From Basidiobolus meristosporus CBS 931.73 (Eukaryota; Fungi; Basidiobolomycota), in the NCBI GenBank assembly GCA_002104905.1, contig MCFE01000265.1, positions 43,915 to 107,914 on the forward strand: a stretch of DNA of 64,000 bases, given 5' to 3'. Each line of letters opens with the position of its first letter. Positions within the stretch are counted from its first letter, which is position 1. Under the pieces are notes generated by a model. It had not been told where the DNA came from, made no database searches, and was given only the letters and a program-made list of their open reading frames with translations. A program made the translations under genes and the position numbers. This document shows positions 62,685-64,000 of the stretch, piece after piece.

Positions 62685-63854
62685 CTAACTTGCTTCTCCA
62701 GGATCAATTTTGTTTACGGAGCATGGGGAGTCACCGTAGTACCATTGCTGGTTGTCACTCGCAAGGGGATCGCAGGCAAGTACCTGATACCATTTGGCGG
62801 CAGAGTGGGGTGCGGCCTGTGTTGCTTGAGGGATGTTTTCCACAGAGCCAAATAGCTGGCAAACCATAGGGTTCTGGGTAAGTTCCTTGGGAGGGTCGGA
62901 GAACGAGAAAAGGTGCAATAGCGCGATAAAGTCTTGCTTCTTTATCTTGCAAACGTAATCGGGGCTTGTCCTTTTTGTGTTCAATATGACGGTGGGGGAC
63001 CTTTTGAAGAGGGCGTACACTTGGTCGGCAGTCACCCGTTGTTGATAACAAGTTTTTGCTTCTTCCGAGACGTATTGTAGTTCTTCCGTAGAAACTGTGG
63101 CGCAATCGAGGCGCTTTTGTACTCGCCTCATGGTTTCTACAGAATCCGCGGCGGTTTCTTCGGCTTCTTGGAGTTGGACTTTGTACTGATTCCTGAGTTG
63201 TCCTATGGTAAACCACTGTAATAGTTGTAACACAGCAACTTGGTGGATCGCATGGGTTAACTGGCTGGTGTATTTAATCCGTTCACGAATCTTCTCTAAG
63301 ATGGTTCCTTCTTGGAAATGTGGTTTGAGATGTTCGCAAATTTCTTGGAGGAGTCCTTCGATCGGGAGTTCTACTTCTGGTGCTCTTGCAGCTTGTACCA
63401 GGTCTGCGTATACCTCAACAACTGTGGTACCTATTAATGGCAAGTATGCAACAAAACAAGGGGGCTCTCGAGGTCTCATGAGGGCGCAACAGTTGATTCC
63501 TTGTGTCTTCTGTCTGACTGTGTCCAGTATGGATACGGGAATCAGCGCGGCGTCCTTCTCCTTAATGATCAAGGAACCTCCTCTTAGGTGGTACACGGTC
63601 TTCTTGGGTAGTATCTCCATGCTTCGTATCAGCGTGGGTAACTTGTCTCGTCCCTCTCTGATTGTGTCTTGTATTAGCGTGACTGCTCCGGCAAACAACT
63701 CTTCATAGGTGGCTCTCGTCGTACGTAACGCTCGTACCATATCTCTTAGCACTTGCAGGTTGGTTTCGTTTTTGATATCATCTTGGTTCTTGCTAGTGGG
63801 AGGGGTATCGCCAGTTTTGGGTGAACTGTTTCCTTTGGCGCTTTCCATATGCAT
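62685..63854 (-). CDS. Hypothetical 389-aa protein, no recognised domain
   Basis: Uninterrupted 1170-nt ORF with CpG retained; predicted coiled-coil stretch LRNQYKVQLQEAEETAADSVETMRRVQKRLD. Confidence 0.6.
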   Translation of the reverse strand: MHMESAKGNSSPKTGDTPPTSKNQDDIKNETNLQVLRDMVRALRTTRATYEELFAGAVTLIQDTIREGRDKLPTLIRSMEILPKKTVYHLRGGSLIIKEKDAALIPVSILDTVRQKTQGINCCALMRPREPPCFVAYLPLIGTTVVEVYADLVQAARAPEVELPIEGLLQEICEHLKPHFQEGTILEKIRERIKYTSQLTHAIHQVAVLQLLQWFTIGQLRNQYKVQLQEAEETAADSVETMRRVQKRLDCATVSTEELQYVSEEAKTCYQQRVTADQVYALFKRSPTVILNTKRTSPDYVCKIKKQDFIALLHLFSFSDPPKELTQNPMVCQLFGSVENIPQATQAAPHSAAKWYQVLACDPLASDNQQWYYGDSPCSVNKIDPGEAS

Positions 63855-64000
63855 TCTTTTGTTCTCCCCTTTGGGCGAACTCCCTCGCGCATATTATTTG
63901 TACCTATATTGACTAAAATCTCCTCTAATAAACTTTGTATGTATCCTGTGTCTTCCTCTATCCCTGTCCTGATAATTGTTTAATCACACTTTGGTTTCAG

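Noticed and set aside
63950-64000. Weak inverted similarity to the LTR-like segment (tatccctg.cct.at)
   Set aside because: About 15 bp of low-complexity pyrimidine sequence at the window edge.

Overview
Fungal genomic DNA; the host cannot be identified from sequence, and an early-diverging lineage is only a guess. The window holds a cluster of intronless plasma-membrane P3A H+-ATPase (PMA1-family) genes. Three intact tandem copies (635-11906) and a decayed relic (~13 kb) lie on the minus strand; a second probable relic (~52 kb) and a fourth intact, more divergent copy (54147-57014) lie on the plus strand. The two arms point away from a ~36.5-kb, almost CpG-free island of nested transposons (~15360-51920). 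The island contains a near-complete Ty1/copia element, many copia fragments and LTRs, Ty3/gypsy remnants, CACTA/CMC pieces, and a two-gene PHIS-type (Pangu-like, ANT target duplication) DNA transposon with its MITE family. It also carries a ~2.2-kb AT-rich virus-like insert: a D5-type SF3 helicase with two nonsense codons, followed by about 8 x 108-bp palindrome-containing repeats. The right end has a smaller CpG-poor repeat patch with a fold-back MITE, an LTR-like segment and an unassigned 389-aa ORF. All alignments and counts were done by eye; no database searches were run.
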